This document shows, piece by piece, positions 11,561 through 24,381 of a stretch of 64,000 bases of DNA. The stretch's first letter is position 1. Every line of letters begins with the position of its first letter. Under the pieces are notes generated by a model. It saw nothing but the letters and a program-made list of their open reading frames with translations. It made no database searches and was not told the DNA's origin. Origin of the DNA: Eutreptiella sp. 'Long Island Sound 2002' (Eukaryota > Protista > Euglenida); the NCBI GenBank assembly GCA_964036045.1, contig OZ038378.1, positions 184,388,001 to 184,452,000 of the forward strand. Direction: 5' to 3'. The position numbers and the translations under genes are program-made.

Positions 11561-12701
11561 TGTTGTCGTGGACTGGACCATCCGCCCACGGCGCTGAGGG
11601 ACGGCAGGAGGAGGGGCTCCAGGGCGCGCCGAGCGCTGCCCTGCCCTGGAGCCTGCCCGGGCTCGGGGCCTGGGTGGCGGTGCTACTGCCCGCGTAAACG
11701 GGGGGACCCAGAGGGCACACCACCCGAGTGACCGCTCCGTTTGGGCGGGGGGGGGGGGGGGGCGTCACCGGCTAGTTCCAAAAGCAGCCGCATCAGTATT
11801 GCACAGGACCACAACTGTGAGACATCTTGTCACTCATGCACGAGTGCATACCAGCAGCCCCGGTTCTACACTGCCTGGCGTGGGTGCGGAGGTGGGCTGG
11901 TGTGGGTGCGGAATCAGGACACAAAATTCTGGGATCACCCCAATGGCAGATGTGTGGCTCCTGCACGACTTCTACCATGGTCCGTGGTCGTAGGTGCTGA
12001 GGGAGAAACCGCAAGATTCGAAACCACACACAAGGGGCTTTGGTAAATGTGAGCAGCCCCCCCTGTTCCCACACTCGTTAGGGATGCTCTTGACGGAGAG
12101 GGGGGCTCAAGAGAGGCTTCATGCATTGCTGTAAAAGCGGTCAGCGGCGGTTGGAAGGGCGGTTTGGAGGCACTCTCTACTGGGCACCACCCCCGGCTAA
12201 GGCGGGGAAGGGGTACCATTTGCCCCTTCAAATGCAAGCCTGCCTCCTGCACTGCGCGAACAATGCCTCTGCAGCGTTCGGTGCTTTTGCTGTTGTTTGC
12301 GCACATGAGGCGGGGCAGTTCTGGTGCCCAAGGGCGGCAAGCTGAAAGTTACAATTCGTACATAGCTTAGCACAGCAATGGCTTGCTGTGCGATGCCCAT
12401 GCCTGCTGCCTAAACACTTCCTGTCCCCCATCTCCATGTTTCACCAGGTCAAGGGAACGGCAGCTATGACACATGCTACACGGCGAACTGGGACATCAGA
12501 GCAAGGGAGGGGGGGGGGTGACACCCCCACTAGAGCGGTGCGATTGGGGATGTTGTGACAGTATACGCATGGCAGGACGCAAGAGGATGTGTTTTGCAGA
12601 CCCGCAGCCCTGTCTGGGGCCGGTCATGGCCCGTGTGAAAGACGCCAAACCACTGTTTGCACTGAAAACAGGGGCAAAGGAGGGGGCTTCCGGAAGGTCC
12701 A

Positions 12702-12775
12702 GGGGCTGTTCTGGGAAGGTCCAGGGGCAATTTCCGCGGAGGTCCAGGGGCATTTTCCGCGGAGGTCCAGGGCTG
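12702..12775. repeat. Four-copy tandem repeat of about 22 bp (GGAGGTCCAGGGGC core)
   Basis: Direct reading. Confidence 0.7.
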
Positions 12776-12807
12776 TTGTTCCTTGTCTTGCTTTGATAGC
12801 ATTGGCA

Positions 12808-12832
12808 TTTTTCTGTTGACCTGTTGACACAG
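12808..12832 (+). promoter_or_regulatory. Pyrimidine tract plus AG acceptor 18 nt upstream of the LtrA-like start codon (5'UTR cis or trans-splice acceptor)
   Basis: TTTTTCTGTTGACCTGTTGACACAG ends at 12832; in-frame ATG at 12851. Confidence 0.45.
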
Positions 12833-12850
12833 TCCTGGGCAGCGTCAGGC

Positions 12851-13204
12851 ATGCAGAAGCAAGTCCCCCTTCAGGTGGAACCCAACAAAAGTGACGGAGC
12901 GTCGCAGGAGCAGCCCGGGCAAGTGGTGGAGCCGAAGCTGCCGGGGCAACTGGTGGATGTGTCATCCAGCGAAGTCAACGAGGTCAACGAAGCCTTTGAA
13001 GACGCTAGTGAAGACCCGGAACCTTCGACGGACGACTCCCCCGCGACATCTGACTCTCAGGTCAGAATCAAAGATCCGGACTCGGCGCTCGGCACCATCG
13101 TTCAACCCGGTGTGCCGCTCACGGAAGCCCAGCTGAAGGAGCACGACGCACTGCCCGACTGTCGAGAGCAAGGGCTGGTGGCATACGCCATTCTGTGGTT
13201 CAAG
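12851..13204 (+). CDS. Exon 1 (acidic N-terminal tail) of the LtrA-family membrane protein
   Basis: Open frame ends ...AILWFK|GTGCAG (phase 0). It joins in frame to VSFLSRIELRQDWGDE at 14103. Confidence 0.7.
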
Positions 13205-14102
13205 GTGCAGTGCGCTGCGTTGTGTCTGCTCCGTGGTTTTAGCGCCAGGACGTCCGCCCATTTAAGTCAGGGCTTTAGCGGCACCGGGGCCGCTTCGGCG
13301 CCAGGGGGAGAGCCACCGTGAACAATCACAACGAAGCGGGCGGCCCTTGAACAATGAGATGCTTTTTGTTCACCAAGTCTCGCTCCACAAGGACAGCCCT
13401 TCGGGCGGCGGTTGCCCGCCAACCGCCGGCAGTTGACCGCCAACCGCCGGCATGTAATGGCCAATTTTTTGTTCATTGGTACCGATTGCGGGTGAAGGGT
13501 CATGTGTTTTCTGCTTCCCAGTGACAGACGCCAAATGAATGTGTTATTGGATGGTTTGAAATTTTGCTGTGCACAGTGTCTCCATGGTGGTGTGTGCACT
13601 TGTTAGGTAACGCGTACCCTAATCTTATTCCCATTGTTACAGGGAATGGAGTTTGGGTAATGGTATTATGTAACGCACAGGACACTACCCTAATGCCATT
13701 CCCATTGTTCAATGCCATGGGGTACTCTTTGGCTGTCAACTACCCTGACCCTATTCCCATTATTAAAGCGCTCAGAGCTAAGGGACTACGCAACACCCAT
13801 TTCCATTATTCAACTGTTTAACCCACACCTTCCCGAACAAACACCCATTCCCATCATGAATGCGCAACACACAACGACCCCAACTCCATTCCCGCCATTA
13901 AAGGAAATAGGACACACGGAATGCCAGGCTGCATCGTTTGGCTGATGCCGCGCCATTTGGACGACGCTGCGCGGCGGGTACGGGCATGTAAATGGCACCA
14001 GCACATCAATCGCTGGCATACTGCGTACAGGAGGTACACAGGGCACACAGCATACCCTGGGGACACAGCACATGGGGGGCACGCTGTGCCTTGCGGTTCC
14101 AG

Positions 14103-15515
14103 GTGTCATTCCTATCGCGCATCGAGCTGCGACAAGACTGGGGCGACGAGCAGACCCATGAAGTCAACACCTTCGAGCTGTTCTTCGACCTGCTGTACGT
14201 TGCGGTCGCCTTTAAGCTCGGCGACTTCCTCAGCAGCCACCTGACCGTGAAAGGCATCTTCATCTCCATGATGTACGTGCTGCTGTTCGTCTCGACGTGG
14301 GGGGACATCACGGGGTTCCTGACCCGGTTCCGCCTGAAGAACGCCACCCACTCCATCATTCTGTACATTGCCACGTGCGGTGTGGCGTGCATGGGCCTCA
14401 TCGCCACCGAGGCCGCGGCCGTGGATCCCCACCGCAAGGACGACGCCGCGGCCGTCACCTACCTCCACGTCCACCAGAACGACGTCTTCGCGGTCGGCTA
14501 CGTCATCACCCGCGTCGCCCTGTTCCTCCTCCACGTCGTGCTGTACATCACCAACCGGCGGGCGCGGCGCGTCGCGTTCTACGGGATGGTCGTGTACGCG
14601 GTGGAGGGCGTGGTATGGGCGATCGTGCCGGTCCTGCCCGAAGCCCCGGTGATCGCCATCATGGCCGCCACGCCCGTTGCCCACTACGTCGTCCTCATGT
14701 GGGCGATCCCTTCGAAGGGGCGCGTGCCCCTCAACATCCACCACTACTCCGAACGCCAGGGGGAGCTGATCCTCGTCTTCCTGGGCGAGTCCGTCATCGG
14801 CCTTCTGACCCCGACCCCGCAGCACACCGTCAGCTTCTACCTCGTCGTCCTCTTCGGCTTCACCGCCATCGCCGGCCTCCGGCACATCTACTTCAGTGCC
14901 CAGCCCCACAACCCCGACAACCACGCGCTGCGCGTCTCCAAGAACCGGGGCCGCGCCTTCGCGGTGGCCCACCTCGTCCTGTGCTGCGCGTTGCTTGGGA
15001 TCGGGACGGCGCTGAAGCTATTCGTGAAGCACTGCTCGTACGGCCATCCCAAGCCCGACGAGGCCTGCCTGCTGTCTGTCTCGCTGGCCGTCGCGCTGCT
15101 CATCATGAACGTCATCCGCATGATCCACATCTGTTCCCAGCGCTGGTACGTGTGGGCGGTGCGCGCCGTGCTGCTCGTTTCGGTGGCGGTGCAGCCCCTG
15201 TACAGCGGCCACATCAGCCCCCCGGTGTACCTCCTGATCGTCGCGGCCCACTGCACCGGCCTCACGCTGGCGGATCTCGCCGGGAGGGACGTCACGGGGT
15301 ACTCCAGTGCCAACACCGACCGGTCGCAGTCCATCGTGACGCTGACGGTGGACCCGGCGTCGGACCCGGTTTCGCCGGACGTTTCGCCATTGGGGCCGCT
15401 CCCGAAGGACGTCGTGCGCGATTCGGGCACTGCGGCGTGCAAGTTCTCCAAGCGCTGTCCCCAGGGGAAGCTCCATCGGCTCTTCACGAAGGATACGTGC
15501 AACCTCGATCTGTGA
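14103..15515 (+). CDS. Exon 2 of a low-temperature-requirement protein A (LtrA) family multi-pass membrane protein
   Basis: CAG acceptor ends at 14102. Motifs LRQDW, FELFFDLLYVAV and HYSERQGELILVFLGES, many hydrophobic segments and strong GC3 bias. Confidence 0.9.
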   Translation: MSFLSRIELRQDWGDEQTHEVNTFELFFDLLYVAVAFKLGDFLSSHLTVKGIFISMMYVLLFVSTWGDITGFLTRFRLKNATHSIILYIATCGVACMGLIATEAAAVDPHRKDDAAAVTYLHVHQNDVFAVGYVITRVALFLLHVVLYITNRRARRVAFYGMVVYAVEGVVWAIVPVLPEAPVIAIMAATPVAHYVVLMWAIPSKGRVPLNIHHYSERQGELILVFLGESVIGLLTPTPQHTVSFYLVVLFGFTAIAGLRHIYFSAQPHNPDNHALRVSKNRGRAFAVAHLVLCCALLGIGTALKLFVKHCSYGHPKPDEACLLSVSLAVALLIMNVIRMIHICSQRWYVWAVRAVLLVSVAVQPLYSGHISPPVYLLIVAAHCTGLTLADLAGRDVTGYSSANTDRSQSIVTLTVDPASDPVSPDVSPLGPLPKDVVRDSGTAACKFSKRCPQGKLHRLFTKDTCNLDL

Positions 15516-15916
15516 GGCAGGCGGCTCGATCAGACCTTTGCCTGTAGGGCACCAGCAGGACTGCACCGGCTGCCCAGTGGATGGGAAGCCCGCATTCTCG
15601 CAGCCACGACCATAAGTTGCGCGGAGGATGAATTAACGCGGGCGCTTCATATGTGTGTCGTGTGGGCGAAGTGTCCGAGTGATCGGTTCGAGGCAGCACC
15701 GCATGGGGCTCCATGACGGAGGGGGTTTCCGCCAGATGGTCCGTTCAACCGTTGGTTGCGCGCGAGAGTTCTGCCGGCCCTTCGTTGCACATGCCCCGCT
15801 CCTCTTGATGTTGTGGTCCAGAGCGAGAATGACTATCCTCAAACCCCTCAATGCTCTGGCCGCGGTGTGTGCCTGTCTGTGCGCGCGCGCCCGTGTGTGT
15901 TTGTCTGTGTGCGTGC

Positions 15917-15947
<31 letters not shown>

Positions 15948-17100
15948 CGCATAAGCTTCGTTGCGCTTCGAGCGTGCGCGTGTGTGCATCAGGCGTGACA
16001 CCATATGTCACCTGGCCCCCCTCTGCACAACTGGACACATGATAGAGCGGCAATGGATTCTGCTCAGCGGACAGGGACTAGGGAATGTGCTGCGTTCGCC
16101 CTGGGGCAACGAACATTGCAAGGGAAAGCACTTTGGAGTGGTGAGGCTCGCCAGCGGGGACATCTCACTGACTGCGACTCCCCGGCCACACATGGCTGTC
16201 CTTCAGCAATGGGGCATTCAATCGACAGCTGTTGATGGCCAACTCACGCGCATTTGGCCAAACCCCGACATCAGTCACTGATCGGCCGGTGCTTCGTTGA
16301 GACCCACAACCCAAACGTGCGGTCTGACGGGGTCCAGTGGCGGGGCAAGCCCGTCCGATTGCGCTTTTTGAGGACGAAAGGAGAGGGCCTAGCGTGTGGT
16401 CTGGGCGCAACCCACCGTCTGCGTGAAGATACGGCACTGCTCCCGTATGCCTCTGCTTGAAAGCTGTGTGCAATTCTGGTGTGATACCGGAGGCCAGCGA
16501 CCATCGCTGATCTTGTGTCAAGGCACAGTGGAGCGACAGGATCGTATCCCTTGGGGACCTGTTTGTAATCCAGTACCCAATTCATGCCGCACTGAGAAGC
16601 CCAGGGTATTGGGCGTGACCGGCACAGTTTGTGTGGGTGATCAGCCGTTGCGCCTTCCACAGTGGAAAGTGCTCTTCCCGAGCCTGGTCGCTGGGTCCGA
16701 CACCGCGTGTGTAGGCCTTGTCTTGGGTACCCCCAGGTAAACAGATGGTGGTAATTTGGGACGTCCGCGTCTGCAGCCCCTTGGCGCCTGCCTCACAGGC
16801 GCGCCATGGGTGGATGTCTCTCAGTATTCCATTTGCGCGGACCCGCCTCGCCGGTCAATGTGTTTGGGACTCGAACTCAGTTTGCCTTCCACAACGGGCA
16901 ATCGTCTTTGAGATCTTGACCAGATTTGGAGGTTTATGCTCCAAGTTGCCTGCAAGTCTCCTCCTCAGGCAGCCGGCGTGGGTGGGGTCTGTATCCGCAG
17001 TGTGGCTCATGTATCCAATAGGTGTGCGCAAAACGAAATGGTGTGCCCAAAGTGCATCAAAGTTTCGTTGTTTATTGGGTACTGTGTCCGTGGCTCATGT

Positions 17101-17183
17101 TGCCCATAGCGGGCATCGAACCCGGGGCTTCCAATCTGTACAGCGAGTACTATACCTTGGCCTTTCCACAGACACCCAAGGGC
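17101..17183 (-). other. Degenerate tRNA-like sequence (pseudogene or SINE head)
   Basis: The minus strand contains the T-arm/B-box CGGGTTCGATGCCCG followed by CTATGGGCA. The D-arm and anticodon arm do not fold cleanly. Confidence 0.3.
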
Positions 17184-20100
17184 AGACCAATGAGAGTGCG
17201 TATCCTGGGCCACAGCGATATGCACCCACTTCCACAAGGTCAAAGTCATGGGGCTGATGGCAAAGCCGAAAGCTGTAGTTTTACAGCGGTACTCACCCCC
17301 TCTTTTCCCCATTATTTTGTCAACCCGAACCAGAACGCGAAGGGCAGGTAGGACTGAATTCAGTGGTTTCGCTGATGTTTGAGGCCGACTGTATACACGT
17401 GTCTCCAACAAGTTATCTTTGCTACTGGCGCTGCGCCCTCGTAGCCTACCCCTAATCCTTTGTCCATCCCTCCACTGGGCTATCCTTAACCAGATCGCGA
17501 AGGGCAGGTAGAAGAATTGTGTTCAAGCACCACAGGTGCTTGAGTCTCCGCTCAGAGCCACTTGTGCTGTGGACGGACGCGGAGGATGGTGTTGAGGGGG
17601 CTGGCCCAAAGTCGTTTTCAAATACAAAGCAGTACAAGAAGCTATTTCCGCAATTTCAAGCCCTCTAGTCGCGGTGTGAACAGGAGGGAGGAGCGGTAGC
17701 ATCAGCCCCCCCTTTGGATGTGGCTACGCACTGAAATGCACTGTATTGGTGAGTTTGAGCATTGGGGCGTGATTGGGCGAATGTCGGCGAATGCACAGCC
17801 CCGCACCTCATCGCCGTCCCTCGACATCGCCTTACGAAATCGTGTGACTCACAGCACACCGCTGATGGTGTTTCTACTGGTACTCTTTGACCGCTAGTGC
17901 CCAGTGGTTTGCTTGTTGAAGTTGTTGGTCTGCAGTGGTCGTGCCTACTGTGTAGCAGTGATGCCTGCGAGATAGCATGGCCTGTAGTGGAATAGGTGGT
18001 ACAAACTGAATCGGCGTTGTTTGCGGTGTGCTGCCGCAACGGATATGAGGTGTGCCCTTACCTGCATCTGGGACTATACTATTTCGGAAGGGTGATTTCA
18101 GCGCCAACCATCAATTGCTGCATCATCCATGTCTCCTCTCCCCACCCCTGTGCTCACATGCTGCATCATGAGGCATATGCCAGAAAAACGTCCGGCATTC
18201 GGTGAAAGCAACACGGAGGACTTCTCCGCAAACAGACCACATAAATGGGCAACCCGTTTGCCCACAGTGTTCTGCACTTTTGGGCATGGCGAGTCATTTG
18301 GCTCACCAAAACGTCGTGGACCGAAGGAAACGCACGGGCGAGACAAATGTCATGAGTCCTCCCCTGCGCACCCTTACTGCAAAGAAATCCCAGTGTTGGC
18401 GGTTGTTTGTGATGCCCCGACATGCCACTATGCGAAGGGGCATGTGGGACTTGACACAAATACACAGACCGGCACATGCTATCCAACTGTTAAGTTGCCC
18501 ATGAATGCAACCCCTTATTCTAACCCAAGGACCCAAGGCACCGTCTTCCTTTGCTAAGAGGGGGAGGGGGCAGGGGTTGCACAAATGCACAAAGGTTGTG
18601 GTCCACTCCGTACGCACCCTGTGTGCCCTGTGAATGGATGAGAGACTCTGAGGTAGGGGGCGGGAAGTTAGGAGTCAGGGGGCATCCCGAAGAATGTGGT
18701 GATGTGTAAAAGTGCAGCCCCTCAAGAGTGCAGTTGTAAGCTGTACACAAAGGGCTGCAGTCTTGCGTAGTTGTCTGCTGTATATACATATATATACCAA
18801 TATGGCCCCATTGATATATATACCAATATGGCCCCATTGCAGCGATGTAGGATGTAGAAATGTTGAACCTCGCAGTTTTCGTAACCTCGCATGAACCTCG
18901 CATGATTCGAATGGATTCCTTGGTATGGCCCCATACTTGGACTGCACGGCTGTTGTGACTTTTGGAACCTTCTCCAAAGGGGCAGGTTTCCAGAGCCGGG
19001 CCCCGGATGCCTTATTCTGCGCACGCCATGCAACAACACCAGCACACAGTAAACGCGAGTGCTGCACCTGCTTTCTCAAAGGGGATCATGTCATGCATAG
19101 GCCGCTCTAGGAACCGCCTGATGAAGGCATGCTCTGTACTGTTCCATTCCTGCCCAGACTTTGATTTTGCAAAGCCCCATATTCTGCCCGCCCCTCCGCC
19201 CCTGCAAGCGATGTGAGCTGCGGAATGTCGGATGTCTTTGGGCAACCCCACGTCTCGTATCCAGTCTGCAAATGCAGTCCATGCCACAGCCACCCACACA
19301 TGACAGCGCCGTTTGTTGCCAGGTCAAACCGAGGGCCAGATCAGGCAGAGTTCATCTCTAGTGCACTGCACAATGGAGTACAGCATGCAAGCGCCAGGGG
19401 GTGGGGCACCAGGTGTGGGCGCCCACGACCACGCGTCGGGGGAGCAAACCTGAGCTGCAGGGGAGGGAGCCTCTCGCTCTGACAGCACGAAGGGGGGGCC
19501 TCCCACATGCAATCCGGTCGGGGAGCAACGGCAGAAGGGCATACAAAACCCTCACGCCCATGGGCTGAACTCCTTAAAATGCATTTCTTTCTGGCAAACC
19601 GCCCAGTCTCAAACCCTGCAAATTGCAGACCGGCCCTCTGTGTTCTGGGTTCTTCGACTGGGAGCGGCTGCATAGATGTGACAGTCTACACCCAAGTCTT
19701 GCCCTCTGTGGTGGCCTCCTTGGGGACACCCCTCACCCGTGTGAAACCACAGGTCCCAGGATGGAGACTGTACATGGTTGTGGACCCATTGCCCATGCAC
19801 GCTCGTGACTGCGGGCCCTCTGAGGGGCTGCTGCACATGCCCAGCGCCAGAGCACAAAAAAAAAGTTGAACAACATTTTTGCGTCATATGTTACGGCTTG
19901 TGTTGTCCGTGGAATAGTGCATCTGTCCTGATTGCTTTGTCCAGGGGGAGGGGTGGGGCAGGCAGAACATTTTACAACATTTCCGCCATAAAAATTCTAC
20001 GGCGCTTCCACCGTAAACTGCAAGGGTCGTTGGCTGTCAACAGTGGTGAAGTCCTTTTTTTGTCCTGAAACGGTTGCCTTCTCCATTCAATAAATTGATA

Positions 20101-22421
20101 TTTTTAGGCTTTAAGTCTGAAGCGACAAACACTGGGTGATTGGCAGTGAAACCTGCTTATCGTTTTAAGGGGCTCGGGGTTTTGGAACTTATCTCCCCCT
20201 GCGGTGAAAAATGACTGTGTTGGAGGTGGAGTGTTACAGCGAGCTGCACTGGGCAAACATCAGTCACAACCCCGCCCTTTGACCTTGAATTGGTATGTGG
20301 GTTCTTTTTTTACCCCTGGTTTGGATGGATTTAGTGAATGGAGAGGCGATGCGTTTTGGGCCATATTTTTTGGGGCGTGTTTTTTTCTGCGAGAGCGCCG
20401 TAAAATTCGACATTACATGCACATTGCCCATACCCCTCAATATCAGACGCTGTGCACGCAATTTTGTACGTTTTTTCCTCGCTTACAGTGGCGGGGACTC
20501 CCGGGAAGTATGTGAATAGTGCAGCCCAAGAGCGCTCCAGGTAGCACCAACGCTGGTGCTATGCACCAGCCCCTACGCACATGGTTCTGTATCGTGGTGG
20601 TGAGGGCAGAGCTAGGGTGGCAGTTGGTGTTTATTGCTTCATGACTTGCTGTGAGGTGGCATACTTTGCTATGGCTCGCCATTTTTGCAGCTCTGCCGTG
20701 CATCTGGGGGACGATTGTGGCATACTGCAACTGGGGTTGGTGGCATTGCACATCGCCCAGGGTCAAGTGTAGCTGGTCTCATCGCATGGTCGTTCGTAAA
20801 CCACGACCTTCTTCAAACAACACAAGGCGCTATTTCCGCAGACGTCCCTGCAACTGCAGGGCAGAGTGAAGGCACTGGGGGTGTGCTGGGGGTGTGCTCA
20901 GGCCTTTGTTTCCACATTGTGCGTCATCGTATGAAGTCGGGGCGGTACGTGTCTTGCATGTTCTGCGGGACCCTCTGCCTTGCGAAAACTCGAGACCAGG
21001 GGATCTGGAGATATGGGGATCTACCCTGCGGATCCGTGGATTTGCCATCCCAAGGTTCGGTTGGGGTAGGAATGGGCCAACCGCTATCGTTTGGCTGTGG
21101 TGTTGCTGGGATGGGGTTTTTTTGTTTCACAGTACATTTGGGCTGTCTGAAGGGTGTGTGGTGCGCGGTGCCAACCCCAAAATGGCCCATTGTCTGGAAT
21201 AGTGTCCTGAGCACATAAACCATCAGGTCACACCGGGTGTTGGGTTCCGCGACTTTTGGTGCCTTTGCCTGCTTGCGTAGGGCAGGAGGTCGAGAAGTGT
21301 AATGCAGTCCCCTTGTAAGCAGTGGATCAACCCCGCAGACTGCACCTCATCGTACTATGACCCAATCGCCGCCTCGTTCGTTTCGGCAGCAGAAGGACCA
21401 GAGGGCTTCATTCGGCCTCTGCTCGAACTGCGCCCAGGCCCTCGACTCCATGAGCCCCTGAACGAGGCCTTAACGATGCTACTGCGCGCCGTGAATGGGC
21501 TCTGCTTCGTCGTTCGGTCCGCAGCCTGACACCTGTGTCACAGTCAGGAGGGGGGAGGGGGGGCATAGAACCATCTTGTTTCTAGTACATCACTGAACAG
21601 CAGTACACTCGCCACTATGTCCCACACCCCACCACACTTGCTGCCATGACAAAACCAACCACACTGCCATCCAACACGACCAAAAGCACATGCACCCCTG
21701 GGGTGCCATAGGGGGATTCAGCAGGCTGTAAGATGACCCCTGTGTGATGCCAAAAATCAGCTCCTTGTGGAAGGTGTTTCTGATGGATTTTTCGGGCGAT
21801 CTCCAGCCCTTGGGCGCTGTACAAATGTTGTATCTGCGCTGTGCACGTGCCCTGTGCACAGTGGGTGGTAAATGGGATGCATTTTAATTGTGGCCAGCTA
21901 TGCATGTGTTTTCCAAACCCTCACCTTTTTGTTTTGCCCCATGATACATCTCGCCACTCTGAATCCCGATTCCAACCTCATTGCAGATGATGTGAGCCTA
22001 CTCGACCATCTCCCTCATCATCTTGCAGCCACCCCAACTCCAATGCCCAAGAAACGCCTTGCTAAATAAAACAAGCGAATTTTGACCCCATCATTGTCCT
22101 CAACCATTGCCGTTTACCAGCCCCAACGCCAATGTCCCCACCCAAGTCATTTTCGATGCACCCTGGGCAAAGCTCAAGCGTCCCAAATGGTGGTTTTTTT
22201 AACAAATTCATTTGTTTGCAGTTCCATGTCAATTTATGGTAACTGAATATCAACACTGGTGTTCCTTTGGAATGCAACCGAACAACAAACACCAATTACT
22301 CATCAAAGCCAAAGCACCACCACTCACCACAGGTCGCCGACATTTTGCCAAAACCACGGAGGCCTTACCCCCCCCCCCCCCTCCCCTGTCTCGGCTACAG
22401 CCTTGTCTAAGCTACAGCGGG

Positions 22422-23336
22422 GGCAGGCGGGGTACGGGGCAAGGTTTGGGGAAGGGAGCGAGAGGAACGAGGGGTCAGTAGTCCCGTCGCACGAGCGACA
22501 GAGTGTGAGCCGAGGGGAGCTGAGGGGGGTTCTGTACGCGTTAGAGCGACGACGGGTAGGAGAGAGGATAGTGGTAATTCTGCATTCTGAGTATGTATTG
22601 AAAGGCATTATTGAATGGTCCGTGAAGTGGCATCGGCATGGGTGGTGGGTGAAGTCTAAAGACATAGGCCACAGGGAGGAGGCCATTTTTTCACTGAGGA
22701 GGGAGGCAGGGTCACAACTGCAGTTTGTTTGGACCCCTCCCCATATGAAAGTACGTGGTAATGACGCGGCTTATTCTTTTGGCCAAGGCAGGCAGGCAAC
22801 AACACCCCAACAATAAGAAACGGTGGTCAGCGGAACCACCACCTTTAGTGCGTCTGTGGGAAGAGGTGGGCCCTGCCCCATGCGCTCAGACGTGTCCTCG
22901 TAGGAGGGTCGAGATCGTCCGGCCAATCGTCTGCGGTGGGGCAGAGGTCGAGTGTGGGGGGATCCATGAGACGTCCGGCTCAGCGATAGGGTCGTTGGGG
23001 TCAGAGTGGACGACCGATGCCAGCAGAGGGGGGTCGGAATTCAGCACTAATGTCAGTGACGGACAGAGAGAGCGTAAGAGGTGACTGAGGGCGGGTCATA
23101 ATCAAGACTCCTGAGCACCTAAAGGCGATGTGACCCGCATCCACATGGCAGAGAGTAGATGCACGGGATGTGCATGCACACGTGACGGCGGCTCCGCCGC
23201 CTTTACTAGAACCATGGGCGCGGCTTCACCGGGTTTGGACAATTTGGTGTGGCGGCTCCGCCGCGTATGTGTCACACAGGAACTGAATAGTCCTGCCGGT
23301 GGGATGCCGGGGCTGACGGCCATTGTCGAATTATGG
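22422..23336 (+). mobile_element. 5'-truncated non-LTR retrotransposon fragment encoding a defective RNase H, with a 15-bp TSD
   Basis: Translation gives YGARFGEGSERN..RQSVSRGELRGVLYAL..ILHSEYVLKGI..W..KW..HGW..VWTPPHMKVRGNDAA (RNase HI; DSEY changed to HSEY). CTAAGCTACAGCGGG is duplicated at 22407-22421 and 23337-23351. Confidence 0.75.
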
Positions 23337-23378
23337 CTAAGCTACAGCGGGCGTGGCGGACGTATTGATTCCGTCGGC

Positions 23379-24381
23379 GGGAGCGTCAGCGCGCAGGGCA
23401 AAGTTTTGTGCATCCGTAACTACCCAAACCCAAGTTTCGGCCCGTTTGTGGAGGTTTGTTGTTCCATAATAGGGGTTTTTTAGCTTCTTATGCATGTTTT
23501 TATCCATTTTCACGCATTTTCACCCATTTTTTGCTCATTTCCACCACATCCACTCCTTTCTAGGTTGATTTCTCCCCACTATGTGGACCCCGAGAAGGCA
23601 AGGGTGATGTAGCCACTTTGATTTCTCCCCACTATGGGGACCCCGAGAAGGCAGGGGTGATGTAGCCAAATATGATCTTGTCCCCTTCTATATGGGGACC
23701 CCCGACAAGACAAGGGTTACTTGAGTCTTACCGTGACAAAAGAAGCCGGGGCATCTACGTTGATTGCTTCTGGGGGCAAGTGCTAAGGAAGTACCTTCGG
23801 GGAACCTAAGGCCGCCCTGAGCTCTGCTTCGGTGGTTTCAGTACGGTTTAGTTCGGAACATTTGGCGTGGCGGCCCCAATGAGTTGCATCAATCTATACG
23901 AGTTACATTTTACACAGTTCTGCATCCGGAGGCAGGTCCGTTACCCTCCCTACAGACGGTGGGAACATGTACCCCCTCACGTTTGGAAGAGTGCAGAGGA
24001 ACTTGTTGAGGCTGCCATGCAAGATGATATTGGGGAGGAGGTGGATGTGTGTGCATTGTGCTACCACAAGCACACTACAACCGTTTGTGGTGAATGCCAT
24101 TTGAATTATTGTGCAGAATGTATTGATACGCACACCTGCGGGACAAGGCTGTTTGTTGAACAGTCTTGCATGTTCAATTGTCATTAACTGAATTGAAGTG
24201 GACAAAGTTGTGGAGGTGATTCGGCTGTGCTTTTCTTGTTGAGTGCTTTGCAGGGATGGTGTTGCACTTCACATGTCACATGCTTTGGTCTACCGGGGGG
24301 GCTCTCTACACAGTGGTAAGCTTGGGGGCTAAATCTAGGATAGTCATAATAAAAGTAGCGCGCAGGGCAAACACCTTCCCC
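23379..24381 (+). mobile_element. PIF/Harbinger-like deletion derivative with a C-terminal transposase remnant; left TIR damaged
   Basis: Remnant LHFTQFCIRRQVRYPPY...CALCYHKHTTTVCGECHLNYCAECIDTHTC. Right end ...GCAGGGCAAACACCTTCCCC|TAA lands at the TAA of the family A arm. Confidence 0.7.

Noticed and set aside
13205-14102. Euglenid non-conventional (base-paired) introns
   Set aside because: All introns I could define are GT-AG and lack convincing terminal complementarity.
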